Below are positions 49,707 through 59,700 of a stretch of DNA of 60,361 nt, in pieces; within the stretch, counting starts at the first letter, position 1; every line of letters starts with the position of its first letter. Source of the stretch: Candidatus Heimdallarchaeota archaeon (lineage in GTDB: Archaea > Asgardarchaeota > Wukongarchaeia > Wukongarchaeales > JBHIFL01). The notes under the pieces were generated by a model. The model was not told the origin of the DNA and did no database searches. It saw only the letters and a program-made list of their open reading frames with translations. The stretch covers positions 1 through 60,361 of the forward strand of contig JBHIFL010000016.1 of the NCBI GenBank assembly GCA_046761065.1. Reading direction: 5' to 3'. A program made the position numbers and the translations under genes.

Positions 49707-50678
49707 ATGACGGAAATTCTCTTAGACGTAAGAAATCTCACAAAACATTTTGAATTGGGTAAAGGGCTCTTTGCCTTCTTAGACAAGCGAAAAGTTCATG
49801 CAATTGATAATATCACCTTTACTGTCAATCGAGGAACAACTCTTGGGTTGGTAGGCGAGTCGGGGTGTGGGAAAACCACAACCGGCAAATGCATTCTACG
49901 TCTGATCGAACCAACTTCTGGAGAGATTTCTTTTGATGGGATTGAGTTGATAGGGCTGAAAAAGAAGGATCTAATGCATGTAAGACGTCGAATGCAGCTT
50001 ATCTTTCAAAACCCATTTTCTTCTCTTGATCCACGTATGCAGGTGAAAGACATCATCAGTGAACCACTTCGAATTCATCGCATGGGAACCACTCGCGAAA
50101 GAACTAAAAGAGTTCAGGAGCTGCTGGAACTCGTCGAACTCTCCCCAGATCATGCAAATAGATACCCCCATGAGTTTAGTGGCGGGCAAAAGCAACGAAT
50201 TGCCATAGCCCGGGCGTTAGCTCTTAACCCTACCCTGATAATTGCTGATGAACCGGTTTCCGCACTTGATGTTTCTATTCAAGCGCAAATCCTCAATTTA
50301 ATGAACGATTTACAAAAAGAATTTGGGTTAACCTACCTTTTCATTGCTCATGACATCAGTGTGATCAAATATATGAGCGATATGATTGCAGTCATGTATT
50401 TAGGCCAAATAGTTGAAATGGGAGAACGTATCAAATTATTGGGCAATCCCCAACACCCTTATACCAAGGCTCTCCTCTCTGCTATTCCAATTCCGAATCC
50501 TAGACACAAGAAAGACCGTATCATTCTTAGAGGGGATGTTCCTAACCCAATTCATCCTCCTTCTGGCTGTCGCTTCCACCCTCGTTGCCCGATGGCTGAA
50601 GAGAAGTGTGCGTGTAAAAAGCCTAGAAGATTCGAATTAGAAAAAAACCATTTTGTGAGTTGCTTTCTACACTACTAA
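49707..50678 (+). CDS. dppF: Peptide ABC transporter ATP-binding subunit
   Basis: GESGCGKT, FSGGQKQR, ADEPVSALD, PSGCRFHPRC. Confidence 0.93.
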   Translation: MTEILLDVRNLTKHFELGKGLFAFLDKRKVHAIDNITFTVNRGTTLGLVGESGCGKTTTGKCILRLIEPTSGEISFDGIELIGLKKKDLMHVRRRMQLIFQNPFSSLDPRMQVKDIISEPLRIHRMGTTRERTKRVQELLELVELSPDHANRYPHEFSGGQKQRIAIARALALNPTLIIADEPVSALDVSIQAQILNLMNDLQKEFGLTYLFIAHDISVIKYMSDMIAVMYLGQIVEMGERIKLLGNPQHPYTKALLSAIPIPNPRHKKDRIILRGDVPNPIHPPSGCRFHPRCPMAEEKCACKKPRRFELEKNHFVSCFLHY

Positions 50679-50989
50679 TAAGAGCTTCTAGAAAGGTAAA
50701 AGACTCTGTTCGTCCATTATATCAATTAGAAGAGGTGGGATGGATTTCGTGGGATAATAACTGACCGCCACATCACATACTTACAGACCAAATCAAAGAA
50801 TTGGGGAGAAAAAATATAGTTCTGGAACTACAGTTGACTACGATAGATAAGACTTCTCCAAATACTGAACTTGATCCAATTCTCCTTTCCTTTTGAGTAG
50901 GTTATTGAGTTCTCTCTGAGGACTAGATGGGGATGTGCGAGGAATACCTTCCTAAATAGCTAGCTCAGTCCTGCTATATTTGGTGGAGC

Positions 50990-51012
50990 AAAAATAAAAA
51001 AGGGAAAGGGGG
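50990..51012 (-). terminator. Oligo-U terminator after dppA
   Basis: CCCTTTCCCTTTTTTATTTTT on the minus strand about 40 nt after the stop. Confidence 0.45.
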
Positions 51013-51048
51013 ATTGAGGAAGCTAGATCACTGAAAAGTACCAGATTG

Positions 51049-52731
51049 CTACCCTTCTTCGATGACTATTTCTTCCATCCAGTCGCCATGCGCGTTGAAC
51101 AGGTCGACATAGATGTTCTTGACCTTTTTGTTGTTCGCAAGCCAAGTCATTTCCCATGTATAAGGATAAACTGGAAGATCTCTCATGAGGTTGATCTGAA
51201 TTTGTCGGTATAGTTCATAGCGAGCTTCAGTATCCACTGTTACAGCTGCTTGGTCTATTAGTGCATCCGTTTCGGAGTTATTGTATTTGGCAAAATTCAG
51301 ACCATATGGCTCACCGGGTTTTACCGAATGGAAAATTGTAGTCAAAATAACAATAGACTCAGGGGGTCGAGCGCCTAAGGGGAGCCAGCCGACACAATAA
51401 TCGGCTTTTATGACCATCCGTTCATACCATGCACTCGTTTCTTCCAACACGATCTCGATCCGGATGCCAGCTTTGGCCCACTGCTCTTTATACACCGGTG
51501 CGAGGATATCAAGTGGCGGAAGGGTCACAGTATGGAAAATCAGATCGATACCATCCGGATATCCTGCCTCGGCTAAAAGTTTCTTGGATTTCTCGATATC
51601 ATAGGGATACAAGTACTCTGGTGGGAAGTCTTCCTCCTTGTAAATGGAACCAGCGTAACCTGGGTTCAGGAACCCTACGGCTGGGGTATCAACAAGAAGA
51701 GCGGGGATGGTTGTTTCCTTTTCTGTTGCATGAGCTATAGCTCGCCTAACTCTCACATCACTTAGTGGTTTGCGTCCATCAGGAGCCTCCCACTCGAAGT
51801 TGAAAGAGATTCCACGATTCCCTAAGCCGACACGGGAGGTAATTTCTAAGTCGGGATTGGCTGCTGTTTCATCCCAAAGTTCTTTAAGGGACATTGGGGA
51901 GGCAATATCTATGTCTCCCGCTTCCAACGCCGTGTACCGAACATTCTCGTCCTCGTAAGGGATGTAAACGATCTTATCTAGCCAAGGTTCTTTACCATAG
52001 TAGTCCTCATTTTTCACGATGACAAATTCTTCATTCTCGGTCCAATGATCGAACTTGAAAGGACCACTCCCTATGGGCCACTTGAAATACTCACCTTCAA
52101 TCCCGGCCCCATAGTCTTCGATTGCTTCCTTGTGAACGATTGCACCATTCCGATAGGGTGCCAAAGCCCAAAGCAGTCCGACATCGACTTCTTTCATGTG
52201 GATAACGACTGTGTAATCGTCTGTTGCTTCAACATAGTCCACGTTTTTGTATAACATTCCATAGATGACATCGCCGGGTGCGAGATCATGGAGCCCCATG
52301 TTTCGCTCTATTGTAAAGACCACATCATGAGCTGTGACTTTGCCATAGTCTTTACCTTCATGAGGAGTCCCGGGGATGCCAGGATGCCATTTCGCGTCTG
52401 TTCTGAGCTCGAATTTGATGGTTTTGCCATCAGGGGACATGAGCCCATTTTCGATAGTTGGCACTTCCTTAGCAAGATCACCGATCATGTTGAATGTTCC
52501 GGGCTCGAATCCGATTAGGTAGCTGTAAATATTGGATAGAATCGCATGATCAGCTGTCCAGGTGAAGAGGGCAGGATCCATGAAGGTTGGTTCGTGGTCA
52601 TGTCCTATACGAAGGACACGCTCGACTTTCTCTTGTCCGATGCAGCCCGAAAAGGGCATTACAATAAAGAAACCGACTATTGCTATTCCTAGGGCCTTTC
52701 TGCTTAAGGTTTTCCTGGTTTTAGTGCTCAT
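51049..52731 (-). CDS. dppA: Peptide ABC transporter substrate-binding lipoprotein (family 5)
   Basis: Lipobox-like FSGCIG, DLAK, TAHDVVFT, PIGSGPFKF, DVRVRRAIAHA, KLLAEAGY; ATG at 52731. Confidence 0.9.
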   Translation of the reverse strand: MSTKTRKTLSRKALGIAIVGFFIVMPFSGCIGQEKVERVLRIGHDHEPTFMDPALFTWTADHAILSNIYSYLIGFEPGTFNMIGDLAKEVPTIENGLMSPDGKTIKFELRTDAKWHPGIPGTPHEGKDYGKVTAHDVVFTIERNMGLHDLAPGDVIYGMLYKNVDYVEATDDYTVVIHMKEVDVGLLWALAPYRNGAIVHKEAIEDYGAGIEGEYFKWPIGSGPFKFDHWTENEEFVIVKNEDYYGKEPWLDKIVYIPYEDENVRYTALEAGDIDIASPMSLKELWDETAANPDLEITSRVGLGNRGISFNFEWEAPDGRKPLSDVRVRRAIAHATEKETTIPALLVDTPAVGFLNPGYAGSIYKEEDFPPEYLYPYDIEKSKKLLAEAGYPDGIDLIFHTVTLPPLDILAPVYKEQWAKAGIRIEIVLEETSAWYERMVIKADYCVGWLPLGARPPESIVILTTIFHSVKPGEPYGLNFAKYNNSETDALIDQAAVTVDTEARYELYRQIQINLMRDLPVYPYTWEMTWLANNKKVKNIYVDLFNAHGDWMEEIVIEEG

Positions 52732-53212
52732 TGTTATCACTCCACCGTTTTTATATTTGGTCAATATTAACAAATATACCCCTTAATATATATATCGCCA
52801 AAGATTGGGAAAAGCTAACATAAGTTTTTAGCATCCAAAAGTCAAGTCAATATATCATTTGTGAGATTGCTTTTGTATGTATTTTCAAGCCCTGCTTCAA
52901 TTTAAAGCACCTTTCATTTTCATTAGAAAATTGTGAAAATAGAAGGATTATGACCAAAATAATAAATATAATTAAATTATCCAATCCCTTGATTTATTTT
53001 GAGACGAAATTCAAAATGAACACATTTCTGTCGCTGTGAATATGGTTAGATATTATCTGTGTCATATAAGATTCAAAAGAGAGTTATTTTCACATTATTT
53101 GCTTGGAGAAGTTATTATTCAAAGCTGATAAGGTTTTTCTCACCTGTCCCCAGTTAGCGAATAGAATAAGCCAGAATTCATCTATAGTTAAGTGATTGTT
53201 AACCTCAGACCC

Positions 53213-53422
53213 ATGAAAATTTCCTTTTCCAAGATCTTTATCAATCCTGATGTGAAAATTAATGTAGTTGGAGGCAATTGGAAAATCTTTTCTACTATGA
53301 CTGGGAAAATTGTAATAGGGGGGACGCTCGTCCTTCGAGAGGAAGAGGCGAGTTCTGAACTTGAAGGGTTCAACGAGCGACCTACCCAATCACATGAAGT
53401 GGGGGACAGGTTTGGGAAATGA
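53213..53422 (+). CDS. Small hypothetical beta-rich protein, first gene of the AAA-Lon operon
   Basis: ATG-started ORF, 12 nt before the next ORF. Confidence 0.45.
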   Translation: MKISFSKIFINPDVKINVVGGNWKIFSTMTGKIVIGGTLVLREEEASSELEGFNERPTQSHEVGDRFGK

Positions 53423-53434
53423 TGAGCTCATTAA

Positions 53435-53641
53435 ATGAAAGCAGCGACAGACGCGCATTCGACAAAAATAAGATCGGAGAATGATTGTATGGCTCAAAGA
53501 GTGACTTATAAAGCATCTAAAAACATAGCTACAAATCCCTTTTCTAGAAAAAAACTCAACAGAGGCAGACTAACCCGACAGGAATATTGGGGATCCTATA
53601 GATTCTTTAGACCTTATAGAATTAAGGAGAAGGCGGGATGA
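53435..53641 (+). CDS. Small basic hypothetical protein
   Basis: Arg/Lys-rich; ATGA overlap with the next gene. Confidence 0.45.
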   Translation: MKAATDAHSTKIRSENDCMAQRVTYKASKNIATNPFSRKKLNRGRLTRQEYWGSYRFFRPYRIKEKAG

Positions 53642-54567
53642 AGGGAAAAAAGATTATCCAATTAAGTGGCATCATTCTTCTTGTCGTGTGCTCGTTGCTT
53701 TTTGTCATCCGACCAGTGGCGGCGGAGCCCTTTGAAACATTCAATGTCGAAGTGTCGGGCCAAATCGATGATGGAATAAAATTCATTATTGAAGGCTATC
53801 AAATCCAATTTGCGGTGGCTGTTAATTCATCATCTCGTTACGAGTCTTACTCGTCTCAATCAAATAACATCACAGCAGTAACAATTTGGGCGCGAGAACC
53901 GGGGAGCTATATCATCACTCTCACTTATATGGTCAGTGGTCCTGCCAATTTGACAATAATTCATCGACACCAGGGAGGAGATGGGATGGGGATTGGTTTA
54001 AGTGATATAGAGCTTGCCAATTTCCAACGAATGGGAATGGGAGTTCACCTTGAATATAAAGCAGTTGTGAACTTCACTGCGACTGGCGAACCGACTACCG
54101 ACAGCAATGAGCCAGATCCCACAGCTATTGTTGAAAAGACGGCGAGTCTGATCAGTTTGTTGCCGATTCATCAATATGTTTTAATGGTTTTTTTCCTGAT
54201 ACCATTTCCAATGGGCCTTGTGGCATATAGAATGACTGTACCCGATAAAAAAGTAAGAAATTTGCCCTACGAAAATGTGAAATATCGGCTTTACGGGTCC
54301 TACCTTCGATGGTTATTCTTTCTGAACCTTTCTACACCTATAATTCTCATAGTACAAGGTTTGTTTACTGGAGAATTTATCCTCGGCTTTGTTGTATTTC
54401 AAGTAGTCATCTTCGGAACCAGTGTTTTAATGCGGCGAAAAGCCCGGAATATCGACTTAGACTATGAAGAACGCATGTTAATGAAAGGATATCCACCCCC
54501 AGAAGAAAAAGATATTGATTTGGGGAAAACAGAAGAAGGCGACAGACACGGAACGGAGGAATCATAA
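53638..54567 (+). CDS. Membrane protein: signal peptide, extracellular beta domain, 3 C-terminal TMs, acidic tail
   Basis: MKGKK..VAA signal; N-x-S/T sequons; three hydrophobic helices; stop 1 nt before the AAA ATG. Confidence 0.75.
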   Translation: MKGKKIIQLSGIILLVVCSLLFVIRPVAAEPFETFNVEVSGQIDDGIKFIIEGYQIQFAVAVNSSSRYESYSSQSNNITAVTIWAREPGSYIITLTYMVSGPANLTIIHRHQGGDGMGIGLSDIELANFQRMGMGVHLEYKAVVNFTATGEPTTDSNEPDPTAIVEKTASLISLLPIHQYVLMVFFLIPFPMGLVAYRMTVPDKKVRNLPYENVKYRLYGSYLRWLFFLNLSTPIILIVQGLFTGEFILGFVVFQVVIFGTSVLMRRKARNIDLDYEERMLMKGYPPPEEKDIDLGKTEEGDRHGTEES

Positions 54568-54568
54568 T

Positions 54569-57304
54569 ATGCAATTCTCATACGAGCGGGAGAAAGGCTT
54601 TGAGCCGTGGTATGTACGCCACCCACACCTAAGGAAATATTGTCATTGGTTCTTGACGGCCATTGATCCGGAGTATCGGACCTGGAAAAACGCGCAATTG
54701 AGTCGCAAACAGAAAATCGAATATCGCAAGAAGATACGACGACAACTTATCCACCGAAGATGGAATATGGTGGGGCGGGAGAAAGAATTTGACCGTCTGA
54801 TGCACGCCGCCTTCTATCATGTGTTGAAGGACAAGAAAACGTTAGAAAAAACAAAATTACCACCGGCGAAAATCTTCTTCTTTCGGGGGGACACGGGAAC
54901 AGGGAAGTCGTTGATGGCCAAGGTCATCATGAGAGAGGTTTTTGAACTCGGGCTAAGTGAGAATTTATTTGTGAGACCAATCATTGTGAAAGCCTCTGAT
55001 GTCTTCTCAAAATGGTATGGAGAATCATCCGCCAAGCTGAGTAATATATTGCAAGATGCGATGAAATCACCTGCAATTCTATTCATTGATGAATTTGATG
55101 CTTTTTCACAGAAAAAAGATGTGGACGCGTCCTCCTCAAGAGAGGATACCAAGGTCGAAAGTGCAATCTTGACCTATTTCGATGAGATCGTAGATTCTGA
55201 CTGTTCACTTCTAGTGGCTTGTGCGACAAAGAATATGGAACGTGTACGGAGCGATATTCGCCGTAGAGGGGAGATTGTAGACTTCGACGAAGGGATTACC
55301 CCAGAGATGCTTCTAGGAATCACAAAGAATACTTTAGCAAGGTTCAATATCGATTTGGATCACCGAAAGGTGTTCTTCGAACTAGAAAGAAATGCATCAG
55401 AAATCGGCGTCAATTTAACTCCCAGTGACATTGTAAGTGTAATTCAGTTGGTAACAACTCGATGGAGTATGAAAGCCCAAAAAGACCCAACAGAACAGAA
55501 ATTGGGGATTAAAGAGTTCCGGGATGTCAAGAAACATCTCCGAAGACATGTTCAAGCAGAGGTATCCGAAGAAGTCGTCAGCACGATAATGCGGGTTCGC
55601 CCTAAAACCCGCCTAGAAGACGTTGGGGGACTGTTTGGCATCAAAGAGAAAATATTCAAGATTGTAAGCTTGGCACTCGACCGAGAACTCAGCATTGCCG
55701 CTGGATACACTCCGCCCAGAGGTTTTCTCCTGTATGGTCCCCCAGGAACGGGCAAGACATTAATTGTGAAGGCGCTGTGTGGGACATTTCAAGCCCCTTT
55801 TTTCACAGTTAATGCTGCCCAATTAATGTCCAAATGGGCAGGGGAAGGTGAGAAGAATATACGGCATCTTTTTGAGATTGCGCGCCGTGAGGGGAGGGCT
55901 ATTATTTTTTTTGATGAATTTGATGCGATTGCGCGGAAACGGGGTACCTCCGTTAGTGAAGTAGGAGATAAAATTGTCAATCAAATACTAACCGAATTAG
56001 ATGGGATGACACCAAACGAGGGAGTGATCGTGTTTGCAAGCACGAATCGAATGGATATCATTGATCCGGCCGTGTTAAGTCGGTTCAAGCCATACATTGT
56101 GGAAATCCCCTATCCCCGGGATGATGCTGAACGCATCTCCATTCTCGAGAAACATTTGCAACATTTTGTCGATCTTTTAGGCCCCGAAGTTTCCCCTCAG
56201 AAAATTCTCCGCCTCTTCGGAAACCGTACAATGAGCGGACGCGATATAGATAAATTGGTAGGTGAAGCAAATCGGGTTCGAATTCAGGAATTATATGCTG
56301 GACACCGATATATTAAGCAGCTTAAGTCAGGAGAAGGATTTCAAGCAGAAATCGCGCTGGATTTATTTGAAGATGACTTACGCCGCCTTTTCTTAAATCT
56401 AAATATTGACCAAGAGGATAATTCCTTGGATCTTGATGTATCTTTTCTTGAAATACTTCTTGAAAGTTACCCATTGAGACTTTCCCACTTTGCAGAGGCC
56501 ATTGAACAAATTAAGGACAAGAAAATCGACGAATTACGCTCATATCAAGACTTTGTTCTCCCCAAAAAGCCGACAGTTGGAAAAGTTTGTGGCTTGGCTG
56601 CTGTAATGGAGGGGCAGGAGGGGATTGTTGGAGTGGTTGAATGCCATGTTAAGAAAGGTACGGGAAAAACTATTGTCACAGGGAGTGTTCGAGAAAGCAT
56701 CAAAGAAAGTATTGAAAATGTGAAGGCTTATTTAACCTGGAAGTATGGAATCAATTTTTCAACAAAAGATATATTCATGGAACTTATAACTCCCCTCGAA
56801 GGAGTAGATTCTGAAGAACATAAAACCGCAGGACCCAGCGCGGGAGTCACCTTCGCGATCGCCCTGATATCTGCGCTGTTAGGGATTCCAGTGAAGCCTG
56901 ATGTTGCAATGACTGGAAAAATCACAATCCGAGGCGAAGTTGGACCAGTAGGTGGACTGGATTTTCGAGGGAGCGGGAAACTTGTGGCAGCCCTCGAAAG
57001 TAATCTACGGATGGTAATCATCCCGCAAACCAATTATATGCGCCTCGAAAAAGATGAACTCGCCCGGATAGAAGAGAAGAAGATCTCAGTTGTGGGTGTC
57101 AGACATCTTGAAGAGATTTTCCCGATCGTGTTCGGGGCAATTGACCTTCCTGCAAAGCTGGAAGAGTACCCCTTACTCAACGAGGAGGAGACTCCTAGCT
57201 TAAAGCGGCTCATGAAGGTGTTCCAACCCAAAATCATAAGATCACAACAAACAGAAAAGCCCATCATCTCGATTGATGCTGATACTGACGCATCAACCCC
57301 TTAA
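54569..57304 (+). CDS. Tandem CDC48-type AAA+ ATPase fused to a Lon (S16) protease domain
   Basis: D1 GDTGTGKS/KWYG/ILFIDEFD; D2 GPPGTGKT/KWAG/IFFDEFD/STNR..DPAVLSRF; Lon GKVCGLA, GPSAG, AMTG.I...G.V.PVGG...GK. Confidence 0.9.
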   Translation: MQFSYEREKGFEPWYVRHPHLRKYCHWFLTAIDPEYRTWKNAQLSRKQKIEYRKKIRRQLIHRRWNMVGREKEFDRLMHAAFYHVLKDKKTLEKTKLPPAKIFFFRGDTGTGKSLMAKVIMREVFELGLSENLFVRPIIVKASDVFSKWYGESSAKLSNILQDAMKSPAILFIDEFDAFSQKKDVDASSSREDTKVESAILTYFDEIVDSDCSLLVACATKNMERVRSDIRRRGEIVDFDEGITPEMLLGITKNTLARFNIDLDHRKVFFELERNASEIGVNLTPSDIVSVIQLVTTRWSMKAQKDPTEQKLGIKEFRDVKKHLRRHVQAEVSEEVVSTIMRVRPKTRLEDVGGLFGIKEKIFKIVSLALDRELSIAAGYTPPRGFLLYGPPGTGKTLIVKALCGTFQAPFFTVNAAQLMSKWAGEGEKNIRHLFEIARREGRAIIFFDEFDAIARKRGTSVSEVGDKIVNQILTELDGMTPNEGVIVFASTNRMDIIDPAVLSRFKPYIVEIPYPRDDAERISILEKHLQHFVDLLGPEVSPQKILRLFGNRTMSGRDIDKLVGEANRVRIQELYAGHRYIKQLKSGEGFQAEIALDLFEDDLRRLFLNLNIDQEDNSLDLDVSFLEILLESYPLRLSHFAEAIEQIKDKKIDELRSYQDFVLPKKPTVGKVCGLAAVMEGQEGIVGVVECHVKKGTGKTIVTGSVRESIKESIENVKAYLTWKYGINFSTKDIFMELITPLEGVDSEEHKTAGPSAGVTFAIALISALLGIPVKPDVAMTGKITIRGEVGPVGGLDFRGSGKLVAALESNLRMVIIPQTNYMRLEKDELARIEEKKISVVGVRHLEEIFPIVFGAIDLPAKLEEYPLLNEEETPSLKRLMKVFQPKIIRSQQTEKPIISIDADTDASTP

Positions 57305-57522
57305 CCTACTCGAATTTTACTTTTACCTATGCGTATGTATGTGTTATAAGATTAAAAAAGACATAGAGTTCAGCTGCAGAACAGCTCAACTGAGCGTAAT
57401 TTACAATATATATTCCTCGTTTGAAGGAAATGGCTTAGGCATCTGGGAATCTATCAATCAAAAGGGAAAAACTTTTTTCCTCTTAATGGTTCTTGCGAGT
57501 CAAGGATATATGGCATAGAACG

Positions 57523-59214
57523 GTGACAGGATTGTTTAGCAAAGAGTATCTGAAAAAATTGAAAGAAAATGAAAGTGAATGGCAAAACACTACCCTAACA
57601 AATTATACCAATAGGTTTCCTGAAAGACAATCTGTTTTCAAAACCGCTTCAGGAATCCCCATCAAACAAATCTATACTCCCACGGATATCGAAACGCTTG
57701 ACTATGAGCGGGACCTCGGTCATCCTGGGACCTATCCCTTCACCCGCGGCCCCCATCCCACAATGTACCGAGGACGGTTGTGGACCCTACGCCAGTTCTC
57801 AGGGTATGGGTCAGCCGAAGAAACAAACCAACGATTCAAGTATCTTTTAGCGGAGGGTGAAACGGGACTCTCGACCGCATTTGATTTTCCTACCATCAAC
57901 GGTTACGATTCCGATTCCCCAAAAGCTGTTGGCGAGGTAGGGGTCTGTGGAGTAGCAATAGATACGTTGGAAGACATGGAACGCCTTTTTGAAGGAATCG
58001 CCTTAGATCGTGTGACTACTTCAATGACAATCAATATGCCTACTCCTGTTCTTTTGGCCATGTATCTGGTAGTAGGGGAAAACCAAGGAGTCCCTATGAA
58101 CCAGCTCGGTGGAACGGTTCAAAATGATGCTCTAAAAGAGTTCATCGCACAAAAATCGTTCATATTCCCACCTGATCCGGCAGTTAAGCTAGTTATAGAT
58201 GTAGTGGAGTATTGTACTAAACATGTGCCAAAATGGAATACTATAAGCATAAGTGGGTACCATATCCGCGAAGCTGGGGCCACTGCCGTTCAAGAATTGG
58301 CGTTCACTTTGGCAGATGGATTAGCTTATGTTGAATCTGCAATTACCCGTGGGTTAGATATTGAGAAATTTGCACTCCGCCTTTCTCACTTTTTTGCCGC
58401 TTATAATGATCTCTTTGAGGAAGTAGCGAAATTTCGGGCAGCCCGGCGAATGTGGGCGCGCTTTATGAAGGAACGCTTTGAAGCAAAAACGCCACGCTCG
58501 ATGTGGATGCGGTTCCATACCCAGACCTCCGGTTTTGCACTTACCGCCCAACAACCTGAAAATAATGTCGTACGAGTGACAATCCAAGCATTAGCTGCTG
58601 TGCTTGGGGGAACCCAATCGTTACATACAAACAGCATGGATGAGGCGTGGGCGCTGCCCTCGGAAAAGGCGGTCCGAATAGCCGTACGAACGCAGCAAAT
58701 TATAGCTCATGAGAGTGGGGTTACTCATACTGTCGATCCTTTAGCCGGCTCCTATTATATTGAATGGCTGACCGATCAGATAGAGGAAGAAGCGATGAAG
58801 TACATAGATCGAATTGATGAAATGGGCGGGATGGTCGAAGCCGTCAAGAAAGGCTTCCCACAACGAGAAATCGCAAAAAGCGCCTATCAGTTCCAACGCG
58901 AAATAGATGAGAAAAAACGGATTATATGTGGGGTGAATGAATATATAGATCCTGAGGAGCGCATTGAGATCCCACTTCTTCGGATTAACCCGGAAATTGA
59001 AAGGAAGCAGCTGGAACGACTCCACCTTGTGAAACAGCAACGTAATCAATTAAGTGTTGAACGTGCTCTTAATAACCTAGAGAAAGCCGCAGAGCGCGAT
59101 GAGAATGTAATGCCATATGTCATAGAAGCTGTGAAAGCTTCTTGTACTCTTGGAGAGATCATCGATACTCTCAAAACCGTCTATGGCGAGTATCAGGAGA
59201 AAAGTATTTTTTGA
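57523..59214 (+). CDS. B12-dependent acyl-CoA mutase large subunit, isobutyryl-CoA mutase-type active site
   Basis: PFTRG, WTLRQFSG, GLSTAFD, SMTIN, QNDALKEFIAQ, SISGYH, FHTQT, SLHTN. Confidence 0.9.
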   Translation: MTGLFSKEYLKKLKENESEWQNTTLTNYTNRFPERQSVFKTASGIPIKQIYTPTDIETLDYERDLGHPGTYPFTRGPHPTMYRGRLWTLRQFSGYGSAEETNQRFKYLLAEGETGLSTAFDFPTINGYDSDSPKAVGEVGVCGVAIDTLEDMERLFEGIALDRVTTSMTINMPTPVLLAMYLVVGENQGVPMNQLGGTVQNDALKEFIAQKSFIFPPDPAVKLVIDVVEYCTKHVPKWNTISISGYHIREAGATAVQELAFTLADGLAYVESAITRGLDIEKFALRLSHFFAAYNDLFEEVAKFRAARRMWARFMKERFEAKTPRSMWMRFHTQTSGFALTAQQPENNVVRVTIQALAAVLGGTQSLHTNSMDEAWALPSEKAVRIAVRTQQIIAHESGVTHTVDPLAGSYYIEWLTDQIEEEAMKYIDRIDEMGGMVEAVKKGFPQREIAKSAYQFQREIDEKKRIICGVNEYIDPEERIEIPLLRINPEIERKQLERLHLVKQQRNQLSVERALNNLEKAAERDENVMPYVIEAVKASCTLGEIIDTLKTVYGEYQEKSIF

Positions 59215-59229
59215 AAGGAGAAGACGCCA

Positions 59230-59634
59230 ATGGAAGTGGAAACCAAGAAGATTAAAGTCCTCATTGCGAAACCGGGGCTAGATGGGCATGATCGCGGGGC
59301 GAAGGTCGTTGCACGCGGTCTACGGGATGCTGGCATGGAAGTCATTTATGCGGGATTACGCCAAACACCAGAACAGATTGTTCAGGCTGCAATTCAAGAA
59401 GATGTGGATGTCATCGGGTTGAGCATTTTGTCTGGCGCCCACCTCGTACTGTTACCCAGAGTCACAGCCCTCCTCCAAGAGGAAGGTATCGAGGATATTC
59501 TTGTCATCGCAGGTGGTACAATCCCAGACGATGATTTACTGAAATTAAAAGACGCGGGCATCGAAGAAATCTTCCGTCCAGGTACCACACTCCAGGAAAT
59601 CGTAGAATACGTCCAATCACATCTTAAGAGATAG
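59230..59634 (+). CDS. Cobalamin-binding small subunit of the acyl-CoA mutase
   Basis: [28 protein letters not shown]. Confidence 0.93.
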   Translation: MEVETKKIKVLIAKPGLDGHDRGAKVVARGLRDAGMEVIYAGLRQTPEQIVQAAIQEDVDVIGLSILSGAHLVLLPRVTALLQEEGIEDILVIAGGTIPDDDLLKLKDAGIEEIFRPGTTLQEIVEYVQSHLKR

Positions 59635-59700
59635 ATACTTCACATCTATTTTCACTACGATTCGATCATTTTCTTATGGTAAAAGAGCCCTGATAGAAAA

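Noticed and set aside
54569-57304. Ordinary archaeal LonB or Cdc48/VAT
   Set aside because: It has two AAA modules and no TM insert (unlike LonB), and has no N-domain or HbYX tail but does have a protease domain (unlike Cdc48).
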